A program made the position numbers and the translations under genes. DNA of 64,000 nucleotides from positions 418,831 through 482,830 of the forward strand of contig JAGYJG010000001.1 in NCBI GenBank assembly GCA_018402155.1, written 5' to 3'. The first letter of the stretch is position 1, and each line of letters begins with the position of its first letter. Under the pieces are notes generated by a model that made no database searches, was not told the DNA's origin, and was given only the letters and a program-made list of their open reading frames with translations. Positions 61,054 through 64,000 of the stretch are shown piece after piece. The stretch comes from Bacteroidia bacterium. Lineage in GTDB: Bacteria > Bacteroidota > Bacteroidia > NS11-12g > UBA9320.

Positions 61054-62643
61054 TTATCTTATTGTGATAATAATTGGACTTAGATTAGCTGAAAAACCGT
61101 ATTTGGCTTCAGTTGCTCTAATTTCCTCTAACAAAATTCTATCACCAGATTGTGCAGATCTCATTAGACTTTGCATCTCTCCGGTAAGTGTACCACTGCC
61201 AGATGATTTTATAACTGGCGGTTTCCTTTTATAAGCCATTATCATTTTAAAACCAGTAACTCTATAGTTTAAATTGTATGCAAATCCTGCACCCATAGAA
61301 GCTATTATAGTAGTTTGAGCACCCACTGCAGATTTACCTTTTGGTAAGCCATCATTGGGTATTCCACCTAGTTGTGCTGTAGGTTGCGGCAAACTTCTGA
61401 CCCTAAATTTCGAAGATCCTACTGTCTTAGTTTTACCATCTCTAGTGATGGAGGCTGTGATGGTAACTTCTTTACTAGTACTCGCTGGCACTTTAGCATT
61501 GTATTTACCACCTCCAAGTGATTGTAAATTCAAACCTGGTGCAGATATTTTCACCTCGCTAGCAGCAAAACCTGGTACAGAGATAGACATAGGATTGTCG
61601 ATTCCTTTATACAATAAATTCATTTCTGTAGCTGCGATTGTAGCTGCTGGTTTAAATACAGTAAACTCATTTTCAAATGGGAATTCTTTCGGACCTTCAG
61701 GTCCATCAACTACGATTTTACCCGCAAATGTTTTTATACCTACGCCGCTGGCTCTTTGAGTATACTTACCTACACCTCCATCTACGTCTATATCAGTATC
61801 TCCCACAGTGATGTTTGGCTGACCTTTAGAGTTTGAGGCAACTAAAAGTATATCAGCTTCATAATTTTCACCTTCCATTACATAGTTTGACTTGGCTAAT
61901 ACTTTTGCTTCTAGTTTATCAAACTTATAATCAGTAGCATCTATGCGAAGCGCCAATCTGTCTAACGCATCAGATTCTGTAGTTTTAGCATCATTTTTGA
62001 TTCGGGCTAAGAGAGCCATAAGACCTGCGGCAGGGTTGTGCTCAAGATTCTCTTCTATCCATCCTACACCACTTACTCCTGATTTGTCGTCCATAGCGTG
62101 TAACTGAGACGCTGCCAGAGCAGCTTTATATTCAGTGAGATCTGTAATATTTGTACTGTCAGATAGTCCAGCGTCGGGCTTTAAGTATTTCAGAATGTTT
62201 TCACGAGCTTCGTTTATTTTATTCATGAATTCTTTGCCTTTAGCACCGTCATCTTTTACAGTGAAATAAAGTGCGTGATCTTCCATTTGGTCAGGAGAAA
62301 CGAGCGCTCCGGTTTCGGGGTCTCTGCCTCCGTACCACTCTTCCACCATTTTGCCAATACCATCTACATAAGCAATAAAGTCGTTCGTCGCTTTTTGAAC
62401 ACCTTTAGCTCTTTCCATGTAAGGTTTGGTTTTAGCTGCATTCTTCTCCATTGAAGCTTCCAAAGCTTTTATTGTTGAATTGTTTTTACTGTCAATATTT
62501 TCTGCAGCACTATAGAAACTCTTTTCAAATAAATAAAAAGATTTTAATATTTCTTTCGATACGTTTAAGGCGAGAAGAGCCATGAGTACAAGGTACATCA
62601 TGTTGATCATCTTCTGCCTTGGGGACATTTTTCCTCCGGCCAT
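61054..62643 (-). CDS. gldM: Gliding motility/T9SS motor protein GldM (PorM)
   Basis: SPRQKMINMMYLVLMALLALNVS and MNLLYKGIDNP motifs. Confidence 0.95.
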   Translation of the reverse strand: MAGGKMSPRQKMINMMYLVLMALLALNVSKEILKSFYLFEKSFYSAAENIDSKNNSTIKALEASMEKNAAKTKPYMERAKGVQKATNDFIAYVDGIGKMVEEWYGGRDPETGALVSPDQMEDHALYFTVKDDGAKGKEFMNKINEARENILKYLKPDAGLSDSTNITDLTEYKAALAASQLHAMDDKSGVSGVGWIEENLEHNPAAGLMALLARIKNDAKTTESDALDRLALRIDATDYKFDKLEAKVLAKSNYVMEGENYEADILLVASNSKGQPNITVGDTDIDVDGGVGKYTQRASGVGIKTFAGKIVVDGPEGPKEFPFENEFTVFKPAATIAATEMNLLYKGIDNPMSISVPGFAASEVKISAPGLNLQSLGGGKYNAKVPASTSKEVTITASITRDGKTKTVGSSKFRVRSLPQPTAQLGGIPNDGLPKGKSAVGAQTTIIASMGAGFAYNLNYRVTGFKMIMAYKRKPPVIKSSGSGTLTGEMQSLMRSAQSGDRILLEEIRATEAKYGFSANLSPIIITIR

Positions 62644-62689
62644 AATTTCTTATATAATTAAATTAAATAATTGAGTTGAAACTATAAGC

Positions 62690-63355
62690 TTAAGAGTTTG
62701 GACGCATAGCGTTCAACATTCCACCATATACTTTATTTAAATTCTGAATATTTTGGTCAAAACTAACCAAACTATCATTTAAGGTAGCATTTATACTAGC
62801 TACTTTGCTAGTAGTTTCCTTGAAGGATTCAGTAGTTTCAGATAAACTGTCTAAGGCACTAACAGCTCTTCCGTACGAAGAATTCATGCCACGCAGTTGC
62901 TCGTTTGCCATATTAACATTATCAGCATATTCTTTTGTAGCAACAGTTGCTCCACTCAGGTCAGCCATAGAACTAACATTAGTTGATAGCGATTTTAAAC
63001 CAGATCCTAGTCCCTCTATTAATTCTGGTCCTATCTTAGCCTCAGCAAGCATCTTATCCAATTGCTGTGATACTGCGTCTCCTTGCGTTAGGGAAGCATT
63101 TTTTGCTCTTTCGTCCCCTTCCATGCCTGCAAGTTCTGGGTATACAAGACTCCAATCCCATTCTTCATGGATGGGCTCAAAAGCAGAAATAAAGAATATG
63201 AGAGCTTCAGTTCCCATTCCGAGGATAAGCATTTCGTTAGCACCTGTCCAGTGCATGATTTTAAAAAGTGCGCCTACAATTACAATTGCTGCTCCAATAC
63301 CATAGGCCATCGCCATGATTTTTTTACCTGATTTTGATTCAAAGAAACTTGCCAT
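62690..63355 (-). CDS. gldL: Gliding motility/T9SS motor protein GldL (PorL)
   Basis: YGIGAAIVIVGALFKIMHW, TEALIF, WSLVYPEL and LNKVYGGML motifs. Confidence 0.95.
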   Translation of the reverse strand: MASFFESKSGKKIMAMAYGIGAAIVIVGALFKIMHWTGANEMLILGMGTEALIFFISAFEPIHEEWDWSLVYPELAGMEGDERAKNASLTQGDAVSQQLDKMLAEAKIGPELIEGLGSGLKSLSTNVSSMADLSGATVATKEYADNVNMANEQLRGMNSSYGRAVSALDSLSETTESFKETTSKVASINATLNDSLVSFDQNIQNLNKVYGGMLNAMRPNS

Positions 63356-63500
63356 AATTTTTGTTGTTTTTGATTAAAGTGTTTGTTATGTTAAAATTAA
63401 TATAAAAATAATTCGTCAAATATAAAAGGGTATCTGAATTTAATTTGATTTACTTAAAAATTTAATGTGTAGTAAATAGGACGTCAATAATAGTATTTCA

Positions 63501-64000
63501 CTATCTTGAGTCATTTGCTGATCTACCTATGTATGTTTGTACGCAACGGAAGCCCACATAGGATTTAGATGTGTCTTGGTATTCGTATGATCTTGACCCA
63601 TTTTGTATGAAGTAGGCTACATCTTTCCAGCTACCTCCACGAGTTACTTTACGTTTTAGTGTCAGAGGCCCATCATCATCTGCATCGTATTGATAGTCTG
63701 AGTTTAAGTCATGCGTAAATTGCATACTAGATTCATCGTACGCAGAAATAGTCCATTCAGCTACATTTCCCGCCATATTGTATAATCCATAGTCGTTTGG
63801 AAAATAAGAGTCAGCTCTTATTGGGTATAAACCACCGTCACTCATATAGTCTCCTCGATTAGGTTTGAAGTTTGCAAGCAGACAACCTTTACTATTTCTG
63901 GTGTATGGGCCACCCCAAGGGTACATGTTATTGTCCCTACCACCACGAGCTGCAAATTCCCACTCAAATTCTGTTGGGAGTCTCCAGTCTTCGGTAATCG
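63501..64000 (-). CDS. gldK: Gliding motility/T9SS lipoprotein GldK (PorK), 3' part only; begins beyond the right edge
   Basis: WRLPTEFEWEFAARGG, MYPWGGPY, LYNMAGNVAEW, RGGSWKD and GFRCV; directly upstream of gldL. Confidence 0.92.
   Translation of the reverse strand, partial: ITEDWRLPTEFEWEFAARGGRDNNMYPWGGPYTRNSKGCLLANFKPNRGDYMSDGGLYPIRADSYFPNDYGLYNMAGNVAEWTISAYDESSMQFTHDLNSDYQYDADDDGPLTLKRKVTRGGSWKDVAYFIQNGSRSYEYQDTSKSYVGFRCVQTYIGRSANDSR

Noticed and set aside
63386-63396. TTATGTTAAAA resembling the XerD arm of dif
   Set aside because: There is no matching XerC arm, and it lies in the ordinary A-rich gldL leader
1-64000. CRISPR arrays, tRNA/rRNA, IS elements, integrases, prophage, restriction or other defence genes
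   Set aside because: No spaced direct repeats, cloverleaf-like segments or matching ORFs were seen by eye; the window reads as core genome

Overview
A gene-dense, AT-rich stretch of core chromosome from an aerobic Bacteroidota bacterium. The assignment rests on the gldKLMN gliding/T9SS genes, TonB-dependent receptors, TAnnTTTG promoters, A-rich leaders and lipoprotein export signals. About 45 CDSs are present, mostly housekeeping: icmF, gcvP, nfeD-floA, HU, aroK, folP, argS, clpC, dnaB, pruA, nth, lplA, rnr, crtD-cruF, a thiolase and gldK-N. I saw no rRNA, tRNA, CRISPR array, transposase, integrase, prophage or recognisable defence system. The best leads are: (1) an unannotated ~85-nt candidate sRNA at ~50398-50480 with a consensus promoter and its own terminator; (2) a candidate phosphate-starvation region at 25.6-34.5 kb, made of a surface beta-helix lipoprotein, a TonB receptor and a PlcP-like phosphoesterase/glycosyltransferase/GH1 operon; (3) a cluster of DnaA-box-like 9-mers between clpC and dnaB; (4) several promoters placed so close to start codons that they imply leaderless mRNAs, one of them with an apparent ATC start; (5) a decayed T9SS-cargo gene. 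All family calls come from motif recognition by eye, with no database searches.
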